From assembly GCA_009914755.4 (NCBI GenBank), contig CP068257.2:10112001-10176000 (forward strand): a DNA stretch of 64,000 bases. The letters run 5' to 3'. The notes under the pieces are model-generated. The model made no database searches and had not been told where the DNA came from. It saw nothing but the letters and a program-made list of their open reading frames with translations. Positions 1 to 14,523 of the stretch are shown in pieces (the first letter of the stretch is position 1; every line of letters starts with the position of its first letter). The stretch comes from the human T2T-CHM13v2.0 reference genome, Homo sapiens. The position numbers and the translations under genes were made by a program.

Positions 1-3000
1 AGGAGTTTCTCAGAAATCTTCTGTCTTGTTTTTATGTGAAGATATTACCTTTCTCAACATAGGCCTCAAAGCAATCCAAATATCCATTTGCAGATTCTAT
101 AAAAAGACTGTTTCCAAACTGATCAATCAAAAGAAATTTTTACCTCTCTGAGATGAAAGCACACATCACAAAAATGTTACTCAGACAGCTTCTCTCTAGT
201 ATGTATGTGAAGATACTTCCTATTTCACCTGAGGTCATAAAGGGCTCAGAGATATCCCTTTGAAGGTTTTACAAAAAGTCTGTGTCCAAACTGCTCAATC
301 AAAAGAAAGGTTCAACTCTGTGAGATGAATGGGCACATCACAAAGAAATTTCTTGGAATGATTCTGTCTAGTTTTTATGTGAAGATATTTCTCTTTCACC
401 ATAGGCCTCAAACGGATCAGAATTATCCCTTTGCAGATTGTACAATAAGCCTCTTTCCAACCTGCTCAATCAAAAGAAATGTTCAACTCTGTGAGATGAA
501 TGCACACATCACAAGGAAGTTTCTCAGAAAACTTCTGTTTAGTTTTTATGTGAAGATATTTCGTTTTTCACCATGGGCCTCAAAAGCTCTCCAAATATCC
601 ATTTGCAGATTTTAGAAAAAGAGTGTTTCCAAACTCCTCAATCAAAAGAAAGTTTCAATTCTGTGATATGAAAGCACACATCACAAAGAAGATTCTTAGA
701 AAGCTTCTGTCTAGTTTTTATGTGAAGATATTTCACATTGCACCATAGTACTCAATGGGCTCAGAAATATCCCTTTGCAGATTCTACAAGAGGACTGTTT
801 CCAAACTACTCAATCCAAAGACAGTTTCAACTATGTGAGATGAATGCACACATCACAAAGAAGTTTCTCAGAGTGCTTCTGTCTAGTTTATATGTGAAGA
901 AAATTCCTATTTCACCATAGGCAATAAAGGGCTCACAAATATTTTTTGCAGATTCTACAAAAATACGTATCCAAAGTGCTAAATAAAAAGAAAGTTTCAA
1001 CTCTGTTAGATTAATGGACACATCAAAAAGTAGTTTCTCAGAAAACTTCTGTTTAGTTTTTACGTGAAGATATTTCCTTTGTCACCATTGGCCTCAAAGT
1101 GCTCTGAATATCCATTTACAGATTTCACTAAAAGAGTGTTTCCAAACTGCTGAATCAAAAGAAAGTTTTAACTCTGTGAGATGAAAGCACACATCTCAAA
1201 GAACTTTCTCAGAAAGCTTTGGTCTAGTTTTCATGTGAAGATATTTCCAGTTTCACCACAGGCCTCAAAGTGCTAAGAAATATACCTTTCCAGATTCTAA
1301 AAGACGACCATTTCCATACTGCTCAGTCAAAATAAAGGTTAAATTCTGTGAGGTGAATGCACACATCAGAATGAAGTTTCTCAGAATTCTCCTGTCTAGT
1401 TTTTATGTGAAGATATTTACTATTTCACTATAGGCTTCAAATGTCTCAAAAATATCCCTTTGCAGATTCTACAAAAATATGGTTTCCAAAGTGCTGAATT
1501 AAAAGAAACCTTCAACTCTGTCAGATGAATGGAGACATCACAAAGAAGTTCCTCAGAATTCTTCTGTCTATTTTAAATGTGAAGATATTTCTTTTTTCAC
1601 CATAGACCTCAAATGGCTCAGAAATATGCCTTTGCAGATTGCAGAAAAAGACTGTTTCTAAACTGCTCAAACAAAATAAAGTTTCAACACTGTTAGATGA
1701 ATGCGCACATCACAAAGAAGTTTCTCAGAAAGCTTCTGTCTCGTTTTTATGTGAAGATATTTCCTTTTTCACCATAGGCCTTAAACCGCTCACAAATATC
1801 CTTCTGCAGATACTATAAAAAGACTGTTTCCAAACTGCTCCATCAAAAGAAAAGTTCACCTCTCTGAGGTGAATGCATACATCACAAAGAATTTTCTCAG
1901 AATTCTTCTGTCTAGTTTTTATGTGAAGATATTTCCATTTTCACATTAGGCCACAAAGCACTACAAATATCCATTTGCAGATTATACAAAAAGACTGTTT
2001 ACAAACTGCTCAATCAAAAGAAATGTTCAACTCTGTGAGATGAAAGCACACATCACAAAGAAGTTTCTCAGAAATCTTCTGTCTAGTTTTTATCTCAAGA
2101 TAATTCCTATTTTGCCATAGGAATCAGTGGGCTCACAAATATCCCTTTGCAGATTCTACAAAAGTTCTGTTTCCAAACTGCTCAATCAAAAGAAACGTTC
2201 AACATTGTGAGATGAATGCACACATCACAAAGAAGTTTCTCGGAATGCTTCTGTCTGGTTATTATGTGAAGATAATTCCTTTTTCACCACAGTCTTTAAA
2301 CCACTCAAAAATATCCCTCTGCAGATACTACAAAAAGACTGTTTCCAAACTGGTCCATATAGAAAGTTTCAACTCTGTGAGATGAATGCACTCATCACAA
2401 AGAATTTTCTCAGAATTCTTCTGTCTAGTTTTTATGTGAAGATATTTCCTTTTTCACCATAGTTCTCAAATTGCTCCAAATATCCATTTGCAGATTCTAC
2501 AAAAACAGTGTTTCCAAACTGGTCAATCAAAAGAAAGGCTCAACTCTGTGAGACGAAAACACACATCACAAAGTTTCTCAGAAAGCTTCTGTCTACATTT
2601 CATGTGAAAGTATTTCCTTTTGCACCATAGGCCTTAAACCGCTCACAAATATAACTCCACTTATACTACCAAGAGACTTTCTCCAAATTGCTAAATCAAA
2701 AGAAAGTTTCAACTCTTTGAGAAGAATGCACACATCACAAAGAAGTTTCTCAAAATGCTTCTGTCTAGTTTTCATGTGAAGATATTTATTTTTCACCATT
2801 GGCCTCAAACTGCTCAGAAATATCCCTTTGCATTTTGTACAAAAAGACTGTTTCCAAACTGCTCAATGAAAAGAAATGGTCAACTCTTAGAGATGAATGG
2901 AAATGTCACAAAGAGTTTTCTCAAAAAGCTACTGTGTTGTTTTTATGTGAGGATATTTCCTTTTTCACTCTAGGCCTTAAAATGCTCCAAATATACATTT

Positions 3001-6000
3001 GCAGATTCTATAAAAAGACTCTTTCCAAACTGCTCAATCAAAATAAAGGTTCAAATCTGTGAGATGAAAGCCCACGTCACAAAGAAGTTTCTCAGAAAGT
3101 TTATATCTCGTTTTTATGTGAAGATATTTCCTATTTCACCTTTGGCCTCAAAGGGATCACAAATATCCCTATTCAGATATTACAAAAAACTGTTTCCGAA
3201 CTGCTTCATCAAAAGAAAGGTTCAACTCTGTGAGAACAATGCACACATAAAAAATTAGTTTCTCAGAATGCTTCTGTCTAGTTTTTATGTGAAGATATTA
3301 CTTTTTCACCATAGGTCTCAAACCGCAAACAAATATTCCTTTACAGATTGCACAAAAAGTATGTTTCCACACTGCTCAATGAACAGAAAAGTACAACTCA
3401 GTGAGATGAATGCAAACATCACAAAGAGTTTTCTCAAAATGCTTCTGTCTAGGTTTTAGGTGAAGATATTTACTTTTTCACCATAGGCCTCAAACCACTC
3501 ACAAATATCCCTTTGCAGATTCTACAAAATGACTTGTTGCCAAACTGCTCAATGAAAAGCAAGGTTCAAATCTGTGAGATGAAAGTACACATCACAAAGA
3601 AGTTTCTCAGAAAGTTTCTGTCTAGTTTTTATATGCAGATATTTTCTTTTTCACAATAGGCCTCAAAGCACTTCAAATATCCGTTTGCAAGTTCTACAAA
3701 AAGAGTGTTTCCAAACTGCTCAATCAAAAGAGAGGTTCAGCTCTGTGAGGTGAAAGCATAAAACACAAAGAAGTTTTACAGAAAGCTTCTGTCTAGTTTT
3801 TATATGAAGACATTTCCTATTATACCATAGGCCCTCTATGTGCTCACAAACATCCCTTTGCAGATTCTACAAAAGGACTCTTTCCAAACTGCTCAATCCA
3901 AGGAAAGTTTCAACTCTGTGACATGAATGCACACATCACAAAGAAGTTTCACAGAATGCTTCTGTCTAGTTTTTATGTGAAGACATTTCTTGTTCACCAT
4001 AGGCCTGAAATGCTGCAAATATCCATCTTCAGATTCTACAAAAAGACGGTTTCCAAAATGCTCAATCAAAAGAAAAGTTCAACTCTGTTAGATGAAAGCA
4101 TGCATCACAAAGAAGTTTATCAGAAAGCTTCTGTCTAGTTTTTTTGTGAAGATATTCCCTATTTCACCATAGGCCTGAAAGGGCTCACAAATATCCTTCT
4201 GCATATTATACAAAAAGACTGTCTCCAAACTGCTCAATCAGAAGAAAATTTCAACTATGTGTGATGAATGCACACATTACAAAGAAGTTTCTCAGAATGC
4301 TTTTGCTAGTTTTTATATGAAGATATTTCTCTTTCACAGTAGGCCTCAAATGGCTCAGAAATATCCCTTTGCAGATTGTACAAAGAGACTGTTTCCAAAC
4401 TGCTCAATCAAAAGAAAGTTTCAACACTGTGAGATGAATGCACACATCACAAAGAAGTTTCTCAGAATGCTTCTGTTAAGATTTCATGTGAAGATATTTC
4501 CTTTTTCACCATAAGCCTCAATGGGCTCAGAAGTATTACTTTGTTGATTTTACAAAAGGTCTGTTTAGAAAACTGCTCAATCCAAAGAAAGGTTCAACTC
4601 TGTGAGATGAATGCACACATCTCAAAGAAGTTTCTCACAATGGATTTGCCGAGGTTTTCTGTGAAGGTATTCCCTTTTCCACCATAGGCCTCAAACCGCT
4701 CACAAATATCCCTCTGCAGATACAACAAAGGGACTGTTTCCAATCTGCTCAATCAAAAGATAGGCTCAACAACGTGAGATGAATGTACACGTCACAAAGA
4801 AGTTTCTCAGAATGCTTCTGTCTAGTTTTAATGTGAAGATATTTACTTTTTCACCATAGGCCTCAAAACACGCAAAACATCCATTTGCAAATTCCACAAA
4901 AAGACTGTTTCCAAACTGTTCAATCAAAAGAAAGGTTCAACTCTGTGAGGTGAAAACACACATCACGAAGAAGTTTCTCAGAAAGCTTCTGTCTAGTTTT
5001 TATGTGAGTATATTTCCTATTTCACCACAGGCCTCAAAGGAATCCCAAATATCCCTTTGCAGATTCTACAAAAAGAGTGTTTCTGAACTGCTCAATGAAA
5101 AGAAAGTTTCAACTCTGTGAGGTGAATGCACACATAAAAAAAGAAGTTTCTCAGAATGCTTCTGTATAGTTTATATGTGAAGATATTACTTTTTCACCAT
5201 AGGCCTCTAAGTGCTCAGAAATATCCCTTTGCACTTTGTATAAAAAGACTATTTCCAAACTGCTCAATGAAAAGAAAGATTCATCTCTGTGTGATGAATG
5301 CACACATAAAAAATAAGTTTCTCAGAATGCTTCCGTCTGGTTTAATGTGAAGATATTTCCTTTTTCACCATAGGCCTTAAACTGCACACAAATATCTCTC
5401 TGCAGATACTACAAAAAGACTGTTTTCAAACTGCTCCAAGAAAAGAAAGATTCAACCCTGTGAGATGAATGCACACATCCCAAAGGAGTTTCTCGGAATG
5501 ATTCTGTCTACTTTTCATGTGAAGCTAATTCTTTTTCACCATAGGCATAAAACGGCTCAAAAATATCCCTTTGCAGATTGTACAAAAGGATGGTTTCCAA
5601 TCTGCTCAATCAAAAGAAAGGATCAGCTCTGTGATATGAAACCACGCATCACAAATAAGTTTCTCAGAAAGCTTCTTTTTAGTGTTTTTGTGAAGATATT
5701 TCCTTTTTCTCCATAGGCCTAAAAGCGCTGCAAATATCCATTTGTGGATTCTACAAAAAGGCTGTTTCCAAACTGCTCAATCAAAAGAAATTTTCACCTC
5801 TGTGAGATTAAAGCACACATCACAAAGCATGTTCTCAGAAAGATTCTGTCTAGTTTTTATGTGAAGATATTTCCTATTTCACCTTAGGCTGTAAAGGGCT
5901 CACAAATATCCGTTTGCATATTCAGAAAAAAGACTGTTTCCAAACTGTTCAAACAAAAGAAAGATTCAACTCTGTGAGATGAATGCACACATCAGAAAGA

Positions 6001-9000
6001 GATTTCTCAGAATGCTTCTGTCTAGTTTTTATATGAAGATATTTCTTTTTCACCATCAGCCACAAACGGCTCAGAAATATCCCTTTGCAGATCTTATAAA
6101 AAGACTGTTTCCAACCTGCTCAATCAAAAGAAAGTTTCAACGCTGAGAGACGAATGCACACATCACAAAGAAGGTTCTCAGAAAGCTTCTGTTTTGCTTT
6201 TATTTGAAGATATTTCCTTTTTCACCACAGGACTCAGTGGGCTCAGAAATATCCCTTTGCAGATTCTACAAAAGGACTGTTAAGAAAAATGCTGAATCCA
6301 AAGAAAGATTCAACCCTGTGAGATGAATGCACACATCACAAAGAAGTTTTGCAGAATGCATCTGTCTAGTTTTTATGTGAAGATATTTCTTTTTTCACCA
6401 TAGGCCCCAAAGCGCTCCAAATACCCATTTGTAGAGTCTACAAAAAGAGTGTTTCCAATCTGCTCTATCAAAAAGAAAGGTTCAATCCTGTGACACGGAA
6501 GCAAACATCACAAAGAAGTTTCTCAGAAAGCTTCTGTCTAGTTTTTATGTGAAGATATTTCCTATTTCACCATGGGCCATATATGGCTCACAAATATTTT
6601 TTGCAAATTCTACAAAAAGACTGTTTCCAAACTGCTCAATCCAAAGAAACTTTCAACTCTGTGAGATGAGTGGACACACCACAAAAAAGCTTATCAGAAT
6701 GCTTCTATCTAGTTTTTATGTGAAGATATTTCTTTTTCACCCTAGGCTTCAATGGGCTCATAAATATCCCTTTGCAGATTCTACAAAAGGACTGTTTCTA
6801 AACTGCTCCATCAAAGAAAGGTTCAACTCTATAAGATGAATATACACATCACATAGATGTTTCTCACAATCCTTCTGCCTATTTTTTATGTGAAGGTATT
6901 TCCTTTTTCACCATGGACCTCAAAGTGCTCAAAACATCCATTTGCTGATTCCACAGAAAGACTGTTTCCAAACTCCTCAATCAAAGAAGGATTCAACTGT
7001 ATGAGATGAATGCACACATCACAGAGATGTTTCTTACAATACTTCTGTCTATTTTTTATGTGAAGGTATTTACTTTTTCACCGTAGGCCTCAAAGAGCTC
7101 CAAACATCCATTTGCTTATGCCGCAAAAAGGCTGTTTCCAAAGTGCTCAATCAAAAGAAAGCTACAACTCCGTGTGTTGAAAGCACACATCACAAAGAAC
7201 TTCCTCAGAAAGATTCTGTCTAGTTTTTCTGTGAGGATATTTCCTGTTTCACCATGGGCCATAAAGGGCCCAAAAATATTTTTCGCAGATTCTACAAAAA
7301 GACTGTTTCCAAACTGCTCAATCCAAAGGAAGGTTCAACTCTGTGAGATGAATGGGCACAAGACAAAGAAGTTTCTCAGAATACTTCTGTCTAGGGTTTA
7401 CGTGAGATATTTCCTTTTTCATGATAGGCCTCAAAGCGCTCCAAATATCCATTTGCAGATTCCACAAAAAGACTGTTTCCAAATTGCTCAATGAAAACAG
7501 AGTTTCAACTCTGTGAGGTGAAAGCACACATCACAAAGAAGTTTCTCAGAATGTATCTTTCTAGTTTTTTTTGAAGATATTTTCTTTTTCACCATAGGCC
7601 TCAAAGCACTCCAAGTATCCATTTGCAGATTCTACCAAAAGACTGTTTACAAACTGCTAAATCAAAAGAAAGTTTCAGCTCTGTGATATGAATGCAGGCA
7701 TCACAAAGAAGTTTCTCAGAAAGCTTCTGTTTAGTGTTTATCTGAAGATATTTCCTTTTTCACCATAGGCCTCAAAGCTCTCCAAATATGCATTTCCAGA
7801 TTCTATAAAAAGTCTGTTTCGAAACTGCTCAATGAAAAGAAAGGTTCAACTCTGTGAGATGAAAGCACATATCTCAAGGAAGTTTCTTAGAATGTTTCTT
7901 TCTAGTTTTTTTGTGAAGATATTTCCTTTTTCACCATAGGCCTCAAAGCACTCCAAATATCCATTTGCAGATTCTACAAAAAGACTGTTTACAAACTGCT
8001 CAATCAAAAGAAGGTTTCAATGCTGTGAGATGAATGCACACATTACAAAGTAGTTTCTCAGAAAGCTTCTGTTTAGTTTTTATGTGAAGATATTTGCTTT
8101 TCCACCATAGGCCTCAAAACGCTCCAATTATCCATTTGCAGATTATGCAAAAAGAGTGTTTCCAAACTGCTCAGTCAAAAGAAATACTTAACTCTTTGAG
8201 ATGAAAGCACTCATTAAAAATAAGTTTCTCAGAAAGCTTCTGACTAGCTTTTAAGTGAAGATATTTCCTATATCATCAAAGGCCTCAATCGGCTGAGAAA
8301 TACCTCTTTGGCGATTCTACAATAGGAATGTTTCCAAACTGCTCTAGCAAAGGAAAGGTTCAACTCTGTGAGTTGAATGCACGCATCACAAAAAAGTTTC
8401 TCAGAAAGTTTCTGTGTAGTTTTTATGTGAAGATATTTCCTAGCTCACCATAAGCCTCAAAGGGTTCACAATTATCCCTTTGTAGATTTTACAAAAAGAC
8501 TGTTTCCAAATATTCAATCAAAGAAATGTTCAGCTGTGTGAGAAGAATGCAAGCCTCAAAAAGAAGTTTCTCAGAATTCTTCCATCGAATTTTTATGTGA
8601 TGATATTTCCTTTTTTTACCACAGACCTCAAAGCGCTCCAAATATCAATTTGCAGACTCTACAAAAAGAGTGTTTCCAAACTGCTCAATCAAAAGAAAAG
8701 TTCAGCTCTGTGAGATGGAAGCACATATCACAAAGAAGTTTCTTAGAAACCTTCTGTCTAGTTTTTATGGGAAGATATATCATATTTCACCATAGACCTC
8801 AATGGGCTCAGAAATATACCTTTGCAGATTCTACAAAAGGACTGTTTCCAAACTGCTCAGTCCAAAGAAAGGTTCAACACTGTGAGATGAATTCACACAT
8901 CACAAAGAAGTTTCTCAGAAACCTTCTGTCTAGTTTTTATGTGAAGATATTTCCTTGTTCACCATAGGCCTCAAACTGCTCGCAAACATCCCTCTACAGA

Positions 9001-10757
9001 TACTACAAAAAGACAGTTTCCAAACTGTTCTATAAAAAGAAAGGTTCAACTCTGTGTGATAAATGCACACGTCACCAAGAAGTTTCTCAGAATGATTATG
9101 TCTAGTTTTTATGTGAAGATGTTTCCTTTCTCACGAAGGCCTCAAACCGCTCCAAATATCCATTTGCAGATTCTACAAAAAGATGGTTTCCAAACTCCTC
9201 AATAATAGAAAGGTTCAACTCTGTGAGATGAAAGCACACATCACAAAGTAGATTCATAGAATGCTGCTTTCTAGTTTTTATGTGAAGATATTTCCTTTTT
9301 CACCATAGTCCTCAAAGTGCTCCAAATATCCATTTGCAGATTCTACAAAAAGTGTGTTTCCAAACTGCTCAATCAAAAGAAAGGTTCTATTCTGTGAGAT
9401 GAAAGCACACATCACAAAGAAGTTTCTCAGGAATCTTCTGACAAGTTTTTATGTGAAGATATTTCCTATTTCACCATAGGCTTCAATGGGCTCACAAATA
9501 TCCCTTTGCAGATTCTACAAAAGGACTGTTTTGAAACAGCTCAATCAGAAGAAGGGTTAAACTCTGTGAGATGAATGCATACATCACAAAGAAGTTTCTC
9601 AGAATGCTTCTGTCTAGTTTTCAGGTGAAGATATTTCTTTTTTCACCGTAGGCCTCAAAGCGCTCCAAATATCCATTTGCATATTCTACAAAAAGGCTGT
9701 TTCCAAACTCCTCAATCAAAAGAGAGGATCAACTATGTGTGATGAAAGCACACTTCATGAAGAAGTTTCTCAGAATGCCTCTGTCTAGTTTTTATGTGAA
9801 GATATTTCCTATTTCACCTTAGGCCATAAAGGGCTCACAAATATCCCTCTGCAGATCCTAGAAAAGAACTCTTTTCAAACTGCTAAATAAAAAAAAAGGT
9901 TCAACTCTGTGAGATGAATGCACACATCGCAAAGAAGTTTCTCCAAAAGCTTCTGTCCACTTTTTATGTGAAGATATTTCCCTTTTCATCATACCTACCA
10001 AAGTGCTCAAAATATCCCTTTGCAAATTCTCTGAAAAGACTGTTTCGAAACTTCTCTATCAAAAGAATGGTTCAACTCTGTGAGATGAATGCACATATCA
10101 CAAAGAAGTTTCTCTGAAATCTTCTGTGTAGTTTTTATGTGAAGATATTTCCTTTTTCACCATAGGCCTCAAGCCACTCACAAATATCCCTTTGCAGATT
10201 TTACAAGAACAGAGTTTCCAGACTCATCAAAGAATAGAAACTTTTTTCTCTCTGAGATGCGTGCACACCTTGCAAAACAGCTTCTCAGAAACATTCTTTA
10301 TAGTTTTTATTGAAGAGATTTCCTTTTTCACCAGAGGCCTCATAGAGCTGACAAATATCCCTTTGCATATTCTACAAAAAGTCCGTTTACAAACTGCTCA
10401 ATCAAAAGAATGGTTCAACTCTGTGAGATGAATGCACATATCACAAAGAGGTTTCTCAGAAATCTTCTGTATAGTTTTTATGTGAAGATATTTCCTTTCT
10501 CACCATAGGCCTCAAAGCTCTCACAAATATCCCTTTGCAGATTCTACAAATTGACAGTTTTCAAACAGTTCAGTCAAAAGACTGTTTCAACTATGTGAGA
10601 TGAATGCACACATGACAGGGAGGTTTCTCAGAGAACTTCTGTCTATTTATTATGTGAAGGTATTTCCTTTTTCACCAAAGGCCTCAAAGTGCTCACAAAT
10701 ATCTCCTTGCAGATTCTACAAGAACAGAGTATCCAAACTGATTAATCAAAAGAATGC
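1..10757 (-). repeat. Alpha satellite array (171-bp monomers), reverse-consensus orientation, irregular/monomeric organisation; diagnostic variants ctgtctagttttt, gtttccaaactgctc, tccatttgcag / tccctttgcag
   Basis: Tandem ~171-bp units throughout. Each unit contains tgtgagatgaatgcacacatcacaaagaagtttctcagaa, the reverse complement of the alpha-satellite consensus segment TTCTGAGAAACTTCTTTGTGATGTGTGCATTCATCTCACA. Monomer types recur at irregular spacings of 1, 2, 3, 4, 7 and 21 monomers, so no clean HOR was seen. Confidence 0.95.
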
Positions 10758-11930
10758 TTCACATAAAATCTCTAGAAGAAAACCTAGGCAATACCATTCA
10801 GGATATAAGCATGAGCAAGGACTTCATGTCTAAAACACCTAAAGCAATGGCAACAAAAGCCACAATTGACAAATGGGATCTAATTAAACTAAGGAGCTTC
10901 TGCACAGCAAAAGAAACCACCATCAGAGTGAACAGGAATCCAACAGAATGGGAGAATATTTTTGCAACCTTCTCATCTGACCAAGGGCTAATATCAGGAA
11001 TCTACAACGAGCTCAGACTAATTTACAGGAAAAAAACAAACAACCCCATCAAAATGTGGGTGAAGTATATGAACAGACAGTTCTCAAAAGAAGACTTTTA
11101 TGCAGTCAATGAACAAATGAAAAAATGCTCATCTTCACTGGCCATCAGAGAAATGCAAGTCAAAACCACAATGAGATACCATCTCACACCAGTTAGAATG
11201 GCAATCATTAAAAAGTCAGGAAACAACAGGTGCTGGAGAGGATGTGAGAAATAGGAACAATTTTGCACTGTTGGTGGGAGTGTAAACTAGTCCAACCATT
11301 GTGGAAGTCGGTATGGCGATTCCTCAGGGATCTAGAACTAGAAATACCATTTGACCTAGCCATCTCATTACTGGGTATATACCCAAAGGATTATAAATCA
11401 TGCTGCTATAAAGACACATGCACATGTATGTTTATAGTGGCACTATCCACAATAGCAAAGACTTGGAACCAATGTAAATGTCCAACAACGATAGACTGAA
11501 TGAAGAAAATGTGGCACATATACATCATGGAACACTATGCAGCCATAAAAAATGATGAGTTCATATCCTTTGTAGGGACATGGATGAAGCTGGAAACCAT
11601 CATTCTCAGCAAACTATCGCAAAGGCAAAAAATAAAACACCACATGTTCTCACTCATAGTTGGGAATTGATCAAAGAGAACACATGAACACAGAAAGGGA
11701 ACCATCACACACCACACACCAGGGAGTGTAGTCCGGTGTAGGGAGGGGGAGGGATAGCCTTAGGAGATATACCTAATGCTAAATGATGAGTTCATGGGTG
11801 CAGCACACAAACATGGCACATGTATACATATGTAACAAACCTACACGTTGTACACATGTTCCCTAAAATATAAAGTATAGTAATAATAAAAGTAAATAAA
11901 TAAATAATTAAACCGAGAGCTCCAAAAAAA
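10758..11930 (+). mobile_element. L1 (LINE-1) 5'-truncated 3' fragment: ORF2 C-terminal region plus 3'UTR and A-rich tail, ~1.17 kb, inserted in alpha satellite
   Basis: Sequence from 10762 (cataaaatctctagaagaaaacctaggcaataccattcagga...) through ...ccctaaaatataaagtatagtaataataaaagtaaataaataaataattaaa is colinear with the human L1 ORF2 3' end and 3'UTR. The ORF-track translation 10754..11254 (...[27 protein letters not shown]) matches the ORF2 C-terminus. Candidate TSD: aagaatgcttca (10750-10761) / aagaatggttca (11932-11943); removing the element restores a continuous alpha monomer. An odd ccgagagctcc sits between two A-tracts at 11913-11923. Confidence 0.9.
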
Positions 11931-12700
11931 TAAGAATGGTTCAACTCTATGAGATGAATGCACACATCACAAATAAGTTTCTAAGAAAGTTTCTGTCTAC
12001 ATTTTATATGAAGATATTTCCTTTTTCACCATAGGACTCAAAGAACTCACAAATATCCCTTTGCAGATTATACAACAAAAGAGTTTCCCATCTGCTCAAT
12101 GAAAAGAAATGTTTACCTCTGTGAGATGAATGCACACATTACAAAGCAGTTTCTCAGAAACTTTCTGTCTAGTTTTTATGTGAAGACATTTACTTTTTCC
12201 TCATAGGCCTCAAAGCGCTCACAAATATCCTTTGCTGATTCTACAAAAAGACTGTTTCCAAACTGATCAATCAAAAGAATGGTTCAACTGATTCAGATGA
12301 GTGCACACATAACACAGAAGTGTCCCAGAAAGCTTCCATCTAGTTTTCATGTGAGGATATTTCCTTTTCCACCATTGGCCCCCAAGTGTTCACAAATAAT
12401 CCTTTGCAGAATCTACAAAAAGATGGTTTCCAATACACTCAATCAATAGAAAGGTTCAATTCTGTGAGATGAATTCACACATCAAAAACAGTTTCACAGA
12501 AATCTTCTTTCTAGTTTTTCTGTGAAGATATTTCTTTTTCACCATAGGCTACAAAACGCTCACAAATATCCTTTTGCTGATTCTACAAAAAGACTGTGAC
12601 CAAACTGCTCAATCAATAGAATGGTTCAACTCTGTGAGATAAATGCACACATCACAAAAATGTTTCTCAGAAAGTTTATGTCTAGTTTTCATGTGAAGAT
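11931..12700 (-). repeat. Alpha satellite (continuation of the 1-10757 array) up to the HSat3 junction
   Basis: 171-bp monomers of the same type resume immediately after the L1 tail. The last monomer ends ...tctagttttcatgtgaagat at 12700. Confidence 0.93.
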
Positions 12701-13580
12701 CGGAGTGCAGTGGAATGAAATGGAATGGAATGGAATGCAAAGGAATGGAAGGGAATGGAATGGAGTGAAGTGGAATGGAATGAAATGGAGTGGAGTGGAG
12801 TGATGTGGATTGGACTGGAATGGAGTGGAGTGGAGTGGAATGGAATGGAATAGAGTGGATTTGAAAGGAATGGAATGGAATGGAGCAGAGTGGAGTGGAG
12901 TGGAATGGAATGGAGTGGAATGGAAAGGAGTGGAGTGGAATGGAATGGAGTGGAGTGGAGCGGAATGGAATGGAGTGGAATGGAATGGAGTGGAATGGAA
13001 TGGAGTGGAGTGGAAAGGATTAGAGTGGAGTGAAGTGCAGTGGAGTGGAGTGGAGTTGAAAGGAGTGGAATGGTATGGAATGGAATTGAATGGAATGGAG
13101 TGGAATGGAATGGAATGGAATGGAGTGGAGTGGAGAAGAGTCGAATGGAGTGAAATGGAGTGGAGTGGAGTGGAGTCGAGTGGAATGGAGTGGAACAGAG
13201 TGAAATGGAGTGGAGTGGAGTCGAGTGGAATGGAGTGGAATGGAGTGAAAAGGAGTGGAGTGGAGTGGAATGGAATGGAATGGAATAGAATGGAACGGAA
13301 TGGAATGGAACGTAACAGAATGGAGTGGAGGTGAGTGGAGTGGAGTGGTGCTGAGTGGAATGGATCAGATTGCCGTGGAATGGAATGGAATGGAATGGAA
13401 TGGAATGGAATGGAATGGAATGGAAAGGAATAGAAAGGAGAGTAGTGGAATGGAGAGGAGTGGAGTGCAGTAGAGTGCACTGGAGTGGAATAGAAAGGAG
13501 AGTAGTGGAATGGAGAGCAGTGGAGTGCAGTAGAGTGCACTGGAGTGGAACGTAAAGGAATGGAATGGAATGGTATGGAA

Positions 13581-13660
13581 TGGTGAAATGAAGTGAGAGC
13601 TAAGATTGTGCCACTGCACTCCAGTCTGGGTGACAGAGTGAGATCCAATCGAAATAAGGG
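13581..13660 (+). repeat. Alu right-arm fragment (~57 bp) embedded in HSat3, variant 1 (gagctaag...agtctggg...atccaatcgaaat)
   Basis: gtgagagctaagattgtgccactgcactccagtctgggtgacagagtgagatcc matches the Alu 3' end (GAGCCGAGATCGCGCCACTGCACTCCAGCCTGGGCGACAGAGCGAGACTCCGTCTC). Confidence 0.85.
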
Positions 13661-14136
13661 AATGCAATGAAATGGAGTAGAATGGATGGAATGGAGTGGA
13701 GAGGAATGGAATGGAGTGGAATGGAGTGGAGTGGAATGGAATGAAGTGGAGTGGACTGGAATGGAGTGGAATGGAGTGAAATTGAATGGAGATTAGTGGA
13801 GTGGAGAGGAGAGGAGTGGAATGGAGTCAATTGGAGTGAAATAGAATGGAGTGGAGTTGAGTCGAATGGAATGGAAAAGAGTGGAATGGAATGGAATGGA
13901 ATAGAATGGAGTGGAGTGGAGTGGGGTTGAGTGGAGTGTATCAGAGTGCAGTGGAATGTTATGGAAAGGAATGGAATGGAATGGAACATTGTGGAGTGGA
14001 GTGAAGTGGAGTTGAGAAGAGTGGATCTGAGTGCAGTGGAATGGAATGGAATGGAATGGAATGGAATGGAATGGAATGGAATGGAGTTGAATGGAATGGA
14101 ATGGAGTGGAGTGGAGTGGAATGGAATGGAACAGAA

Positions 14137-14215
14137 TGGTGAAATGAAATGTGTGCTAAGATAGTGCCACTACACTCCAGTCTGGTTGACAGAGTGAGAT
14201 TCAGATGAAATAAAG
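14137..14215 (+). repeat. Alu right-arm fragment embedded in HSat3, variant 1 (diverged copy)
   Basis: gtgtgctaagatagtgccactacactccagtctggttgacagagtgagattcagatgaaat. Confidence 0.8.
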
Positions 14216-14523
14216 GAAACGAATGGAATGGAGTAGAATGGAATGGAATGGAGTGGAGTGGAGTGCAGTGGGGTGCAGTGGAATGGAATAGAGTAGAGTG
14301 GAATGGAATGGAGAGGAATGGAATGGAGTGGAATGGAACAGGATGGAATGGAACGGGAAAGAATGGAGTGGAGTGGAGTGTAGGTGAATGGAGTGGATCG
14401 GAGTGGAGTGGAATGGAATGGAATGGCACGGAAGGGAGTGGAGTGAAATAGAGTGGAGTGAATTGGAGTGGAGTGGAATGGAGTGGAATGGAATGGAATG
14501 GAGTGGAATGCAATGGAATGGAA

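Noticed and set aside
11913-11930. Odd ccgagagctcc segment between two A-tracts at the 3' end of the 10758-11930 L1 fragment, which could be a tiny 3' transduction
   Set aside because: It is only 11 bp, and partially resembles alpha-satellite sequence (agagctccaaa), so it cannot be distinguished from tail heterogeneity or a small rearrangement. Mentioned only in the feature evidence.
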